A model generated the notes under the pieces. The model was given only the letters and a program-made list of their open reading frames with translations. It did no database searches and was not told where the DNA came from. A program made the translations under genes and the position numbers. A stretch of DNA of 63,985 nucleotides, the filler included, from Basidioascus undulatus (taxonomy: Eukaryota): assembly GCA_000826855.1 (NCBI GenBank). It is 4 parts of 4 records of this genome, joined end to end, with 100 filler letters (N's around TTAATTAATTAA, not from the genome) between each part and the next. Parts side by side here need not be neighbours in the genome. Positions count along the whole stretch, not along the records: positions 16,663 to 33,193 come from JTLS01000578.1; positions 33,294 to 49,778 come from JTLS01000579.1; 2 more parts are not named here. One strand, 5' to 3'. Numbering within the stretch: position 1 is the first letter of the stretch; every line of letters starts with the position of its first letter. Positions 22,490 to 36,300 of the stretch are shown here, in pieces.

Positions 22490-23961
22490 TCGACCCTCGC
22501 GATTGCCGCCACCATCGCCATCAGCCTGCATGCTCCATCTCAAGCTCGTCTTCCGGCACTACTCCGGCACCACGTCCGCGCCTGGCGCCCACCAGCTACG
22601 TTGCAGCAATCCCATCTACCACACCGCGCGATTCAGCGGCACGTCCGCCAGACGGGGGCTGGGACAACACTAAGGCACTCGAGCTGTCCTGCTCAATGCG
22701 AGCGACGAATGCGAGGCTCGCGGCATTGGTTCGGGGTCGAGATCAATGATTCATCCGCTTCTACAATCTTTTTATTAGCCTAGCTGGAACCCTAACTGTA
22801 TGGCATGATATGCCGGGCGGACAAGAGATTGCTGTACTGTGGTTGAGGCTGCAGCAGATGTGTTGTCAGAGCTCGCTGGCGACCTCCATACCGCCGACAC
22901 TGTCGGGACTTCGGGATGCGTACCTAGCGTGTAAATTTCGAAGCCCGCAACTTTTGTACTTACGTTCGGCGCTGTGTCCGTTCTTCGAACAAGAAGACCT
23001 ACAGCACCCGACCGGCCCGCAGCGCACTGAAAGCTGTTCTGCGCTTCTTCTGTAAAGCCTCCCAAACGTGCTACCAACTTTGGAAACGTTCAATCTGGCA
23101 ACTGCACATCAAGGGGTGCAAAACGTGCGAAGTTAGAAGACGAAGCCCTACGACGGTTAACGGGCGGCAAACCACTCTGAGACCACTTTTTATTTTCTCA
23201 TTCTCCTCTGCCCCTGCTTGTACCTGCTTTTTCAACCGCCACATTGATATAAATCATTCGTTTCTTCTTGTTCGTGTGTTGTTTGTGGTAGATAAGAGTA
23301 GCAGTGCAACGACGAAGCGATCTCGAGCCAGGAAGTGTGACGTCTGACAAGCAGGGGGGGGCTTGTCAATCAGACGTCACAGGGCTTCGGGCGGAAATTG
23401 CATGAATCGCAGCCCCTTGTGCACATTACTGTGTACAAAAGTATCGCCGACTTCCGTTTATACCTCGCAGCGAGAGCGCAGGCCGCCGCACCACCTGCGC
23501 AGCCAAACCAGCGCGGCACGCCCACCGGCGATCGGGATCGGGAGTTGAGACCGGCCGAGCTTTCGCTATGCTCCTGCACAATCGGTCGGTGCTTGACCTG
23601 TGCCTTGGCCTCTTACCGCCTTGTGCACTGACGCCCACGCTTTGTTTATTGCTCACACGCACATCTTTCGTTTCGAGATACCAGCCAGTCTACAGTCCTC
23701 CGCGCGATTGTCGATCCCCCTCCCCCCGGGCACCCTCAATCACTCGCTCGGGACGTTCAACGAGCCACACTGCCGATGCCTGCTCATACCCACAAATACA
23801 CACCTCGAACTTGATCCCATCGTATCCTTAGCTGCCGCTGCACGCATCTCGCCGTGCATTCATAGATCTACACGCTCGCCGGGCGCTCAACTCGCAACCT
23901 CTCAAACCCCTCACCCTCACGGCCCCCGCCGTCACCCTGCCCCTGCTCGCACCCGACAACC

Positions 23962-24355
23962 ATGTCCCAACCCCTCGCATCTCAACCACCCGCGTCTCCG
24001 CCATCTGCCACGTCCAATACCACCTCTGAACCTCAAACGACCTACTACGCACCCGGTGCGCTTCCTCCCCTCTTCCCTCAAAGTCATGCGCCTCCACCCT
24101 CCCGCTCACCCTCGCACTTTCCCCGTCCAACCAGACGATTCCACCACGAAACCCTCCCGCTCCTCACTCTCGTCCCCATCCCGATCCTCGTCACCCACCG
24201 CACAACCTCCGCCCGACCCGCGCACACCCGCACCCGAGTGGAAAAGCCCCCAGCGCGAGGTGCTCGAGGCAGGACGAACAGACTGCCAGGACTCGTGGGA
24301 CCGGTGTGTGCTCTGTATGTGGGGTAGTTTGGGGTGCTTGCTATGCCGAGCGTAG
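23962..24355 (+). CDS. Small (104 aa) Pro/Ser-rich protein with Cys-rich C-terminal tail (CYSTM-like architecture)
   Basis: Exons 23962-24055 and 24135-24355 join in phase (GTGCGC donor, CTCAC branch, CAG acceptor); ends DCQDSWDRCVLCMWGSLGCLLCRA*. Confidence 0.6.
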
Positions 24356-25188
24356 AGAGTTTGACGGGAGTGGGAGGGGGCGAGGGTGAGAAAAGTGTGG
24401 GACGAGTGGGACGAGGTGGACGAGGGGTTCGGACGAGTTACGACTTTACGCACATTACGCACGCTAATTACGCACTCGCAACGACACTTTACTCCTTTGC
24501 ACATGGGACATGTATCACCCGCAACCGCACCCTCCATCTCCCCAACCCGCATTTACAGCATCTGTGACACATCTCCATCACACGCATCGCACCACCACGC
24601 ACGCACGCATCACCCCCGCATTTTTATTCATTATGGACTCCCCCCCCCCTTGTTTTTGTTAATCGTTCGTTTTCATTGCTCCACATGATATGTTACCTCT
24701 GCTCCGAGCCGCCTGCTGGGGGTGTGCTGTAAGCCTCTGACCTTTCCGTTTCAGACCCCTTCGTGTCCCTCCAGTTTGACGTGTAGCTTTAGACGGCAAA
24801 AATACAGTCGTTATAATTGAGGAGGTTTTCATTCGCAGAAGCCGTTCGGCCGGTTAAAGGCTTGGGCACTGCCCGCCTCTGTGCATTTTGCATTGTGTCC
24901 CGGAGGTTGGAAAATTGCGAGAAGGCGAGGGTTTTTTACATTCAGATTGACCGTTCAAATATACTGGATATTGGAGTGAAGGGGATGCTGTAAATCGGAA
25001 TCAGTGCTGGCAGGATCTGCTCACCCCAGCTAGAGATCCGGTCGCCGCGCAGCGAGCTGCGGCGAGCCCTCTTGACCTTCCACCACCATCACCTTTACGC
25101 TTGCTGAAGGTATATCGCGGACTTAGACACAGAAACATATCGGCTCTATTTACTACGTCAATTTACAGGGTATCTTGCCTAGTTTGCA

Positions 25189-26913
25189 ATGTCTTCAACG
25201 GTGGTCGTCTCTCGCGCCGCGCTGTACGACCTCGTCGCGGCGCTTTGCCAGGCAGACCTGGACGCCCTTGCGGCTCTTGAGCACAAGCATGGTTGTTTTT
25301 CATCGGACTCGCCGGTTAAATTCCACTTCTCAAGTCTTTGCCGCCGTTTGCTCACGCTCCTCCTAGGCCATCGCGCCTGCCGAGACCGAATCCGTCCCTC
25401 TTCCCGTCCTCGGCGTCTTCTCCTCGATGCCGCTCTGCGGCCTGCATCCTGGCCTCCCTTTACGTTCAATGACAATAGTCAACCGGACAACCTCGCAGAG
25501 CCTCGTAGAGCTTCATCCTCCATTCGCGCGCTTTCTCGTCTTCCCCCTTCGATCGCTGCCGCCCGAGCTCCTCTGCGAGGTCGCGGCGCACGTCGAGCCC
25601 GTCGATCGGCTTTCATTCGCCCCACTTGTCGAACAACCTTCGAGGCTATCTGTCCCCATATGATGTCGCGCCTCGGATTCGAACTGGGCCCCGAAGGGGA
25701 CACGGGTTACCCGTACACCCTTCCTGCGACTTACGAAGGGATGCTGGCCAAGTACGGCGGGTTCGTCAGGCACCTGGACGTGCACACCGAAGAGCCCCGC
25801 AAGCGACATGCGGGTTCTCGATCCACTCAACGGTCTCATCAACCTCACCAGCCTTCCGTTTCAGGCGGTCGATCTGTTCTGCCACGAACTCGTTTCGACG
25901 TTCTCCACCCTCGTCAACGTCAACGACTTGGGCTTCCACTCCTGGATGACTAGCCTGCGGAACCCGGACGACCTCCGCATTCTCCTTGACGCTCTCCATT
26001 CCCTTCCTCGTCTTGTCCGCCTCACACTGGAAGCGCACCCGGATGTTGATCCTCCCCCGCGCGATGCCATTCTATTCCGCGCCCTCTCCGGCGCACCACA
26101 GCTCAACGTCCAGCACCATGCGGCTACCGCATGTTGACGGAGTACGGCATTTTGCCTGGCTCATTCTAGCATGTCTTGTTCTAGAATCGCTCGACACGCA
26201 CTAATCGGAATCGATCGAAGACCCCGAAATGTTCGAGTGCGGAGATGAGCTTTCCAGAGACGAGACTCTCCAGATCATCAACGACCTTGCAGGTCGTCCG
26301 CTTCGCCAGCTCTCCGTTCCTTCTAGGGCGACTGCCGACGAGCTGGTTGAGCGCCTCGCCGCTCGCGTCACGGATCGCACGTATCTGCACCTCTCCTGCC
26401 CGATGCCTGCCGTCACGGACTTGAACCATTTTGCGTAAGACCTGCTTCCTCTTTCTTCTACTGGCGGCAAGAATTACTTTCCTGACCCCAAATATTGACC
26501 ATCAGGATCCCGTGGTTGAGCACCTGAAAGCTCTGCGGCAGCTTGAATCTATTCGACTGGACTTCGAGGACCCAGAGCTCACGGACTTGCACCGGATAAC
26601 GTTCGAGGCAGCTCCGAGACTCATGGCCTACATCCTTGGACAGGCACTTCCAAGGCTCCGCTCTTTTCGCATCGTCTTTGACAGCATGTACGACGACTCT
26701 AATCGCCGTGGGTGCGCAATCCAGCGCGACGCTGCCGGCAGGTTCACCGGTCTCAGGCAACTGCCCACGCCCGCACAGCAGCGCGTGATCGACAGTGCGG
26801 CATCCCGACCATACTTGGGAGATGTCGTTGTCAACGACGTTCACATCACGCGGGATGGTTATATCTTGCGAGGGGAGGCAGGCTTTTGGGAGAGGCAGGC
26901 ATTTGGAGGATGA
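25189..26913 (+). pseudogene. F-box/LRR-like gene with several frameshifts and an in-frame stop
   Basis: F-box-like LRSLPPELLCEVAAHV; LRR-like LINLTSL, LPRLVRLTL, LRQLESIRL, LPRLRSFRI; frame changes near 25620, 25800 and 26110; TAA at 26202-26204. Confidence 0.7.
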
Positions 26914-27599
26914 AGTGATGGGGATGACCCGCTCGAATGAGGAGGACGATGGTTACGCCTGTAGACTGTTGACCTTGGATCAGCCAGCCAATCCGCAATT
27001 TCGATACACTCCTGTTCAACGCCGTATTGCATTTGTTTTAGTCGTCAGTTCCAGTACTCCGGTCGGCGTTAGCCCGTGGACGACGGCACTGCGGGAAATT
27101 GAGGTGTCACGCAAAATTGGTGCTTGAGCGCACCGCATGTTTTAAACTCTTTGGGTTCTCAAAGGAGCTCTGCAAGCAGAAGAACCGCCAGCGGCCGCTT
27201 CATCTTTCACAGTGCTAGGCGGGGACGCGGACAAGGTGAGGCGTAGAAGTGAAAAGAGTGTCGTTGGCCTTTTTTTGGTTCCATATAATTTTTCTCGTTT
27301 CACACAGATCTTTTTTTAGTCCCACGATGCCGCTGGCACGGAACAGAATGGTTGGTTGAAGTACCGAGGATTGGCGTCCCGACCGTATCGATGCTCTCTC
27401 ACCCACAGCACGATCAATGCGCTCCTACGTCGGTTTGCTGCTTTGACTATCATGGTAACTTAGAAACGCGTCCCTCGACATTTATTTGCACTTTGACCAT
27501 TGAGTAGAGGCATTAGTCTTTTGGTGCACGCGTTGTCATCTCGAAAACTGCAACGCTGATCCACCGCACGGAGGATCGCGTCCGCTGTCAGGCTTTGCT

Positions 27600-28180
27600 G
27601 AAAAGGTGTGCTATAATCTGAGGGAAGACACTTGGAAAGAATTTGAAGTGCTCTTGTAAGGAACGCAGTCTGCTCAATCCACATATTCCGCGTGCGTCGT
27701 TGTGTCCAGAGCTAACTAAGACGCCAGGCATTGAGCAGCTCGCGTTGGGCCATGATGTGACGTACAAGCACTTCATGTGAGAAATTTTGCTGAGTGTTTC
27801 CCACATCATTAATTTAAACAGCCTTACCCCCGAAGCGCTTGTCTCCATGGCCCACAGTGTGACCGCCGACGTGCTCCAAGGACCTCACGGCCTTGCGACA
27901 TTGGCATTCACGCTTTTTCATCCGCAATGTCCCGCCCTAAAATGGATATTATTCATCAAGAACCAGAGAGCTGCCGATCCAGAAACGATTTTGGGTGCGC
28001 AACCGACTTGAGAATGTCAAAAAAATGACCTTGGCGGTAGGGACACGGAGTCTGCCCTTTACGCTGAACAGCCTGAACCACTCTCAAAATCATTTCACCT
28101 CACCATTACCTAGGTCTAAAGAACTCATATTCGTCTCAAGAAGCACTGGTGCAGCTTGTGATGCAACTCACTCGAGATAG
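27600..28180 (+). pseudogene. Possible heavily decayed LRR-like remnant
   Basis: Fragments GIEQLALGH, IINLNSLT, LENVKKMTL, LPRSKELIF interrupted by stops and frameshifts. Confidence 0.25.
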
Positions 28181-30346
28181 AGCCAACGCAGACCGACAAA
28201 GACATTGAAATACGGTGAGGAGAGTGAGCACTCTACCAAGTCTCACAATACAATTCAGGAAGATAAAGAGGTAGACTTAAATGTGCACAAATTCAATAAT
28301 CATATGATGAAAGATAATGAAAGCCAGGAACTATACATTCGATGGCGACTGGGTCGCTAGGCCGTGACGACCGACTCTCTCAAGTGAAGCCGTGCCTCGG
28401 TGACACTGGGCAGCAAGCCATCCTGCTATGAAGCTGGCTCAGCTCTATTACAAATATACACACTTTCGAGAAAGAGAAATATGAGATAAATCTAATCCTG
28501 AGTGAGTAACACTTGCGACAAACAAACAGCCAAAGGCCGGCCATATGTCCGCCCCCCTGAGCTGCTTAACTTCTCAGGCTACTCTGCTGCGATTCAAGAG
28601 GACTACACACAAAACATTCGTATAGGGTGGACTTCGGACTTCAGTAAACCGGAAGCCTCAAAAGGTCCCTGACACGGAGGCGCATCTTGTAAACCCTCCC
28701 ACTGCAGTGCGCAGTGCAACTATAACTGAGGCGGGCCGGCTCAACTATTTGGTCGGGTGGCAACGACCCAAGGCAGTCGAATGTCCTGTGGTTTATATAC
28801 TCAACCTTTTTATACGTCACATAACAGACCACAGCCTGAAGGTCAGTAGAGTGAGAACATGTGCCGGGCTGTCAAGTCGCAGCGCAGAAAGTGCTGCACC
28901 GCTTCTATAACTGGCAGCATCATTCATGTTGACCAGCACATCTGTCTAATCTTCTCTCGGCGTAAAATATGAATTTATTTCCGAGAAGTAGCCACATAGG
29001 CGAACAGCCAAAGGACACGAGTGCGAACTAGAAGGCAGTTATTCGGCGCCAAACGATGTCAAGCAGGAAGTGCCGGCTGTCGCCGCGGAAGGCAATGCAA
29101 GCCACCCCAAACATCAGGTCCAGGCTCAGGTCCAGGTCCTTTCCCCGGTTCCTCCCAGTTCCTCTCCAGTTCCGGCCGTGTCATTCTAGCGCCTTTTCGA
29201 GCCTTTGTTGCCTTTGTTGCCTTTTTTGTTGTTTTAGCGTTCATTGTTGCCAGTCGCTCTACGGCTATCGTCTTGAAGACACCGTCGATCCTCCATGTGC
29301 ACGAGGCTTCAACCACGGATATACAGAGCTCTAGACTCATGGCTTGCGGTGTACCCTCAAACTGCCTCTTTCGACAGCTTCATCTCGAGCCTCGAGGCCT
29401 GGCAAAGCTCAGACAGCCTCTCGACCGAGATTCACAGCAAATGCCATTACAGGAGTTGGCTGTTAGTCGAACAGGCTGTGTAATAAATGGCCTGTAGCTA
29501 GTCACGCATGTATTGGAAAAATCGATTGAGAATGAACGTAAGCTATAGGGGAAACGCAACGTGCCAGCCTCTCGCTGCCCGGCTTACTTCTCACGGGCGT
29601 GGAAACTACCTACCACTGGTCTTTGAGGAGTCCACGCTAAGTAAGTAGTATACAAAACAAGTCCAAGTCAGACGTTCGCTCTCCAGGCTTGGTTATTTTG
29701 GGGAATGATGTCGCAATCAGCAGCAATCAGATGCCTCACATCTGATGAGAGTCGAAAGCGACGACAAAGCTGGCGGTACAAGACGCCGATCGTCAACAAA
29801 GGCAGGCTGCGCGTCTTTCGCGCGGCCTCGAGGAGCTTTGTGTCTCACTGCCTGTCCCTCATTTTCGCTTGTTCAGCTTTGCCGACGACTTGGCTCCCGG
29901 GCAGGATTGGGTTTCCGCCCTCGATCGACGCCAATCTGCGGGGCCCAGCCACCTTCATTTGTTGGTGTCTTCCGTCGGTGGTCCACCCTCGAACCCTCAA
30001 TTTCGTCTCCCACCAGCGCCACCCCACCTCCGCGCACTCCGTCGCCCTCTTCGGGGTGCTCGCTGCGCTTCTGTGCGCTCTCGAGTCGGCCTCGAGGACG
30101 GCTTTTTTCTCCTCGCTCCACCTTTTGGGGTCGAGCTGGGAAATGGATATAATAGCCGCTCTTGACTGTTTTCGACTCTTCGTCTCCTCGTCTTATCCTT
30201 TCATCCTCCGGCCAGCGCCTGCCGCTCTTTTACTTGTTACTTCAAGCCAACTTCTCACCGCCACAAGCGACCTTCCGCTCTTTCTACAGTCCGGTCACTC
30301 CGTTTGTCCCTCGACTCTTTCGGTAACTCTTTTCGTCGACACCAAA

Positions 30347-31708
30347 ATGCAGCTCTCCGTCGCTTCCGTCGCTGCTCTGGCTCTCGCCCCGGCCCTTGCC
30401 TCGTACGTCTTCCTTCTCGCTCAAGCTGCGGCAGCGACTGCGAGTTACTTACATCCCCTTTTGAATCCTTTCAGTGCTCGCCCCGTCGAGTTTGAGCGTG
30501 CCGCCCCCTCTCCCTTCACCACCGCCGCCGCCGCTGCCCCGACTGTCACCGGTCTGCAGTCGTGCAGCGCCGTCACTCTCAACAGCAACTCCTTCCTCTT
30601 CGTCAACGGCACCTCCCTTGGCTTCGTTAACGGCACCGCCTTCAACCTCACCTCCCTCCTCGCCGAGAACACGACCGCACCCGCCGAGCCCTCTGCCGCG
30701 TGGAATGCGACCAACCTCCTCTTCAACGCGACCTCCGACCTCGTCTACAGCCTCGCGGACCTCTCGTTCAACGCGACCCAGCTCGCGGTCAACTCCACCG
30801 AGCTCGTCGGCCGCCTGAACGTCACTGAGCTCCTTGCCAACGCGACCGAGCTCGCGTGGAACGTCTCCCAGTGGGACGTTTGCTCGCCCGATGTCTACAC
30901 CTACACCCTTCCCACCCACGAGTCCACCTCTTATGTCGCCCCTACCTCGACCCACGACGCTCCTTCCTCTTCCGCCGCTCCCTCTGCTTTCCCCGAGCCC
31001 TCTTCCTGGGCTGCGCCCGCCTCGTCCTCGGAGGCTGCGCCCGCGACCTCGGCGCCGGTCGCCGCCGCTGCGCCCGCTGAGACTTCCTCTGTCCTCGCTT
31101 CCGATAGCAGCGGCTCGTCTTCCTCCGGCAGCTCTGGCAGCTACAACGGTCAGGCTACGTGCGTCTTTCCTTTCTGAACTTCGCAGTCTGTGTCATGCTG
31201 ACGTTTGTGCTTGACCTCACAGCTTCTACGACCCGGGCATGGGCGCTTGCGGCTGGACCAACTCGGCGTCAGACATGATTGTCGCGGTATCCACTTCCGT
31301 CTTTGACAACTATATCGGAGCCAACGGCAACCCGAACCAGAACCCGTGAGTTCTCTCTTCACTTCGGCGGCATGTGACTGCAGCCTGTTTCACCTCATTT
31401 GCATGACACTAACGCCATCTGGTTGGTTCCTCAGTATCTGCGGCAAGAAGATCAACGCGCACATGGGTGGCAACACTGTCCAGGTGACGGTCACCGACAG
31501 GTGCGGCGGCTGCGCTGAGGGCGACCTTGACTTCACCGTGCGTATTACATTCCCGTCCCCCGGCCTCTCCCCACTTTCGCCCACTAACTTTGTCACTCCC
31601 AACGCCCAGACCACCGGTTTCCTCGCCCTCATGGACGGCCAGACTCAAAACTCCGGCTCCGGCCTCGGCATCGGCCGTGCGTCCGGCGTGACCTGGGACT
31701 TCGCTTAA
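30347..31708 (+). CDS. Secreted RlpA-like double-psi beta-barrel (expansin/loosenin-like) protein with long N-terminal extension
   Basis: Signal peptide MQLSVASVAALALAPALA; GQAT|FYDPGMGACG, IVAVS, NPNQNP|ICGKKI, VTVTDRCGGCAEGDLDFT, LGIGRASGVTWDFA*; four introns. Confidence 0.92.
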
Positions 31709-33193
31709 GCGCTCCTTCCTCGTCCCCTTTCCTTCCTCTCGTCACCTTTATTCTTCCTTTGGGTCTTCGGATTCGGATTCGCACCCCCCCGGGCTTGATG
31801 CCTCCTACCCTCCTTCCCGCTAGCCGGACAGGACCTCGCCCCTCTACCTTTGCTCGCGCGAACCAAGTGCTGGCTTCGCCTCTATAGCGCCTAGATGTTG
31901 TACACCACCACACTCGCTTGTAACCAATTAGAACACACTGGTGTGCTTTTTATTGACGAGCGTGTGCAGCGTGTGTCGCCTGCGTTGAAAGGCCGTCAGT
32001 TGTATCTGAAAGCCAGAAGCTGCAGGACTGTATAGGCATGTTCTCGCTCTTGCGATCAGAACTAGTCCTGTCGAGAGCCGAAAGGCCCCACTCTGATTAG
32101 TATTAGTCTTCCTTGAGAATAGTAAAGGACAGGACTCATCTTATACTCGCATACAAGCAACTAGCAACGAGGCATGTGCCAGTGAAACGGGACATTGAAG
32201 TGAACGCTGGCTGCAGCGCCGTGCCGTTGGACACGCATTCGATATTCATTCTCAACGGTACATTCGACGGAAGAATAGGGATGTACCCGCGTTGTTCGGC
32301 TGAGGAAACTTTGTTGTCATGTAGTGAGTGGTCTTCTCCCGGGTACAAGTTCACCTCACAGGCTCAGCATTTTTGCGTCGCTGTCGCTGCAGTGTGGCCC
32401 CTACACACGGTCGCGTCCGCACGGTGGACTTGCAGAGCTCTAACTATTCGAAGTGTTTTGATATCAGAAGCAATGGACGGATAACCTGCTATCCGCGCAG
32501 TTTAGCGATACGAAGTAGATGATAGCTGCGTCGTTGTTGATGTCGGGTGCTCTGTGTGCCATGGAGAGTGTCGTTCAAGATTTCGGAGCGCACATGAAGT
32601 AACCAACTGTTGTCAATGTTAATGCGTCGTATATTCCACTCCCTATGCGGTGCACCACGCGTTCAATCAACGACAGTTTCCTTTCCACCTCGAACCCACA
32701 TACGCGCCAGTGCCGTTCGTCCATCCGAACCCCGTTAACGCTACTCACATACCCCTCGTCCCCTCTTCCGCAAGAGTTCCCTTGATCCCATCATCTCTCT
32801 CGATTCGCACTAGCCAGAAGAGCTCCCGGGGCGCCCGACGACCGCAATGACGGCGGAATGACCCTCACTCTGAGCACGATGGCCTTGGGCATAGGGGGCG
32901 GCTCAAGGCGGGGCACGTCCCCCGCTGACACCTAGCCAGGAAAGACCCTTCCTCTGCGCCTATCAGCCCTCTCTGGGTCTCGATGCTGCGCGATCAGGCG
33001 AGGCGATTCCCCTCCGGCCCCGGCGACGCGAAGGAGGACGTCTGGCTGCGCAAGCTTTGAAGGGGTGGATCGGGAGCGGGCCAGCCGTCTGCTGGGGAGG
33101 GAGCGCGGTGCGAGGGGACTGGGAGGTAGACTGGCTTGAGGCGCGTGGGAGGTGCGGGTGGAGGAGGGCTGGGGGTGGGCTTGTCCCGGAGGG

Positions 33194-33293
33194 NNNNNNN
33201 NNNNNNNNNNNNNNNNNNNNNNNNNNNNNNNNNNNNNTTAATTAATTAANNNNNNNNNNNNNNNNNNNNNNNNNNNNNNNNNNNNNNNNNNNN
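33194..33293. other. Artificial assembly spacer
   Basis: 44 N + TTAATTAATTAA + 44 N. Confidence 0.97.
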
Positions 33294-33343
33294 GGGGTGG
33301 AGGTGGCGCTGCTTCACGCGGAGGGGGGGCGGGGAGGAAGAGA

Positions 33344-36300
33344 TTAAGAAAGGCGCGTAAAGTTCATGCTCTGCAAGAAGCGGTTCAGACTCTTCTTGCG
33401 GCGGAACGTCGGCAGCTTGGGTGTCGCGCCCCCGGAGTCAGACGTGTCCTCCGCGACGGTCTCGAGCGAGAGCGGGAGCGCGACTGGCGGCGGCGGTGGC
33501 TGCGGCGGCAGGCAGGCGTCGGCGACAGTCGGGATCGTGTTAGGCGTGTGCGGCCGGCTCATCTCCGGGCTAGAGTTGATCACGCTGCTGCTGAAGCTCC
33601 CGCCGTCTTGGCCGGTGCCGCTGCCGAAGAACGACGTCGAGCAGGACGAGTCGGATGTGGCGGAGTCGCGGCGCATCGGACGCGGCGCGGAGGGGTCGAG
33701 CGAGAGGAACTCGAACGCATTGGAGACGCACGAGATGCGCGTGGGGGAGGGGAGGACGAAGTGGTCGACTGAGGTGGAGCTCGAGGCGTACGGGTCGAGG
33801 ACAGGGTACCAGGCGCAGCGCGTCGGGGACGAGGGGCCGGAAGCGGGCGGCAGGGGAACGAAGCTCGAGGTGGGTGACGTCCGTGCTGAGCCGGGTGCAC
33901 TGCGCGAGCGAAGGTACTTCTCCGTCGCGGTTGACCCGTTCGTAAACGACCGCGTCAAGACGGATAGCCTATTCCGCGACCGACCACGCTTCGTGGAGCC
34001 CGTCTCGAACTCGATCGTGCCGTCGAGGTGGTCGGGGGAGAGGACGTGTCCGTTCGTGCTCTCGCCAGACGAGCGAGACAGGTGGAGCGCCGGCGGCGCA
34101 AGGGCGGATTTGGCAGATGCCGAGGAGCCCGAGCGCCTCCGCGAGGACTGGAAGAACCCGCCTGCGCCGGAGAAGAAGTGCGAGTACGAGCGCGTGACGG
34201 ACGTGCTCGGAGGCGGCGGTGCCGGCGGCCCGAAGTCGACGCTGCTCCGCGTGCTCGTGCTGCTGGAGGGCTCGGGCGCGGCAAAGATCGCGGTGGGCGT
34301 CATGAGCGGGCTGGCGGTCGTCGCGCTCGCGGGGGTGAGCGAGCGAATCGACCCTAACGTGCTCAGCCGCTGCGTGAGGGGCCGGCGTGAGCGCGCGGAG
34401 CTCGGCGTGGGCGGGAGCTCGACCGCAGACGGCGGAGGCGAGGTCGTCTTCGTGGGGGACGAGGCCATGGTGGGAGAGGTGGCGGTGGACATCGTGAATT
34501 CGTTGGACCAGTTCGGCAGCATGACGGACATCGGGCGTTGCTTGCCCTTGAGTGACGCCGCGCGCTTGCGCAATCCATCCCAGGGCGTGTCGATCGTGGG
34601 CGGGGATAGGACGACGGGCGGCCGGGCGCGGTCGATCGACATCCCGTCGCGCGGGCCCATGTCGCCGCACAACGTCACCGGCCGTGGCGCTTCGAGCGTC
34701 GGCATGGGCGTGTCAGAGGCGTACAGCTGCGCGACGCTGCGTCGTCGCTTCAGCGTGTCCATCCCCCGTCGCACCGCGCCGCCCGCCCCACCGCCTGCGC
34801 TGCTCCCAGTCGAGTCCCGACGCGCATGCGTTGGCCTCCCCTGAGCCTGCGCGTGCACCTGCTGCGCAAGCGCCGTACGCGCCGCGTTCATTCGCGCGTG
34901 GATGATCTCGTCACTGAGGACGAGGGCGAGGCACCGGTCGACGGCTGCGCGCGGAGCGGAGGGCGAGCGGCGAAGGACGAGCGGCGTCGAGCCGTTCTTG
35001 AACAAGATCGGCTTGGCGGGCAGCTGCAGCGAGAGCGGCGAAGCGAGCTCGGAAGACGCGTCCGAGGGAGTGGGAGGAGAGGTCGGACTAGGCACAGGGG
35101 GGCTCGCGGCCGTGCCTGACGGGCCGAGGGGCACGCTTGACGGAAGAGGAGGCGGAGGGGTCTCCGCCGCGAAGTCCGCCGCCCAAGCTTTCCGGGACAA
35201 CGCCAGGCAGCGCGACAGCGCGGACGTCCAGATCGCCTTTTCTTGCGCGCAGGCCGCGCCGATCTCGAAGTGATGCGAGTGCAGCGAGAGGCGGAACGAG
35301 TTGGCCATCAGTCCTGTTTCGATGCTTGTCAGCCCCGCCCAGCGTACGGCAGCAAACCAGGCCTAGAAACATACCTTCACCATCTGGCACGTCCACAAGC
35401 TCCCAGAGGTCGAGCTGAAACCAATGCCTCGCCTCGTACAGGCTCGACTTGCGAACCTTGACGAGGAGGAGGAAGCGTTCGTACAGGAAAGCACCCAGGT
35501 ACTGGCGTGGGTGTCAGCATCTGCGTTCCTGCCAAAACCGACGCAGACTTCGCGAACGCGCTCACCTTGACCTTCAGCGGCGGTGCGAGCGGGGTGGACG
35601 AGTTGTGGGCGAATACGTCAAGCGCGCCCGCCAGCATAACCGGTCCCAGGCCCTTGATCGCGCTCGGCGTCAAAGACTGATGATGGGCCCGTCCAACAAT
35701 CAGTATTCCACACTTGTCGTTCCAAACCTGGCTTCTTTGAAAAGCTCTCGACTCACCCCGAACCCCTCTATCCTCTCCCTAACCCGCTCGCTGCGCTCCT
35801 CCTCCTCGCGTCTCTTCCGCGCCTCGTCCGCGCCCCTCGCGACCTCGCGCATGCGCTCGAGTGCGCGCTCCATCCCGCCGCCCCACGCGCCCAGCTGGGC
35901 GAGCACGAGCGGGTAGCGGCACACGCGCTGCACGGGCTTGATGAGGTAGTCGCGGAGGTGGAGGCGCGCGGAGGCGATGTGCGGGGGGAGGAGGTGCGTG
36001 CAGCGCCGCTCGTACGACTCCCAGGAGGGCGAGGAGGAGAGGGATGCGAGCGCGGCGAGCGCGAGCGAGTGCGTCGCGCAGAAGGGGGAGTAGACTTCGA
36101 AGGCGGGGGCCTGAACGCGCGAAAGACGAAAGCAGTCAGATCAGATTGCAGAGTGCGCCGATTGATGGGAGCACGCAAACGCACCTCGTCGATCAGCACC
36201 TGCGCGATGCGCTCCGTAGCGCGATCGATAGCGACGCGCGTTGGCGGTACAGCGTCCACGTCGAACCCGACGCCCTCCTCGCGCAGGACGCGGTCGATCG

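Noticed and set aside
24446..24475. TTACGCAC x3 as bZIP-like sites
   Set aside because: Lies in the probable 3'UTR of the small Cys-tail gene among other simple repeats; slippage is a simpler explanation
28300..29500. Lower-GC region with short repeats (GCCTTTGTT x3, CAGGTC-like units) as a transposon remnant
   Set aside because: No transposase, RT or integrase motifs and no terminal repeats recognised
32930..33193. Possible 3' end of a - strand Pro-rich gene at the contig edge
   Set aside because: All three frames are open in low-complexity sequence, so no frame can be chosen
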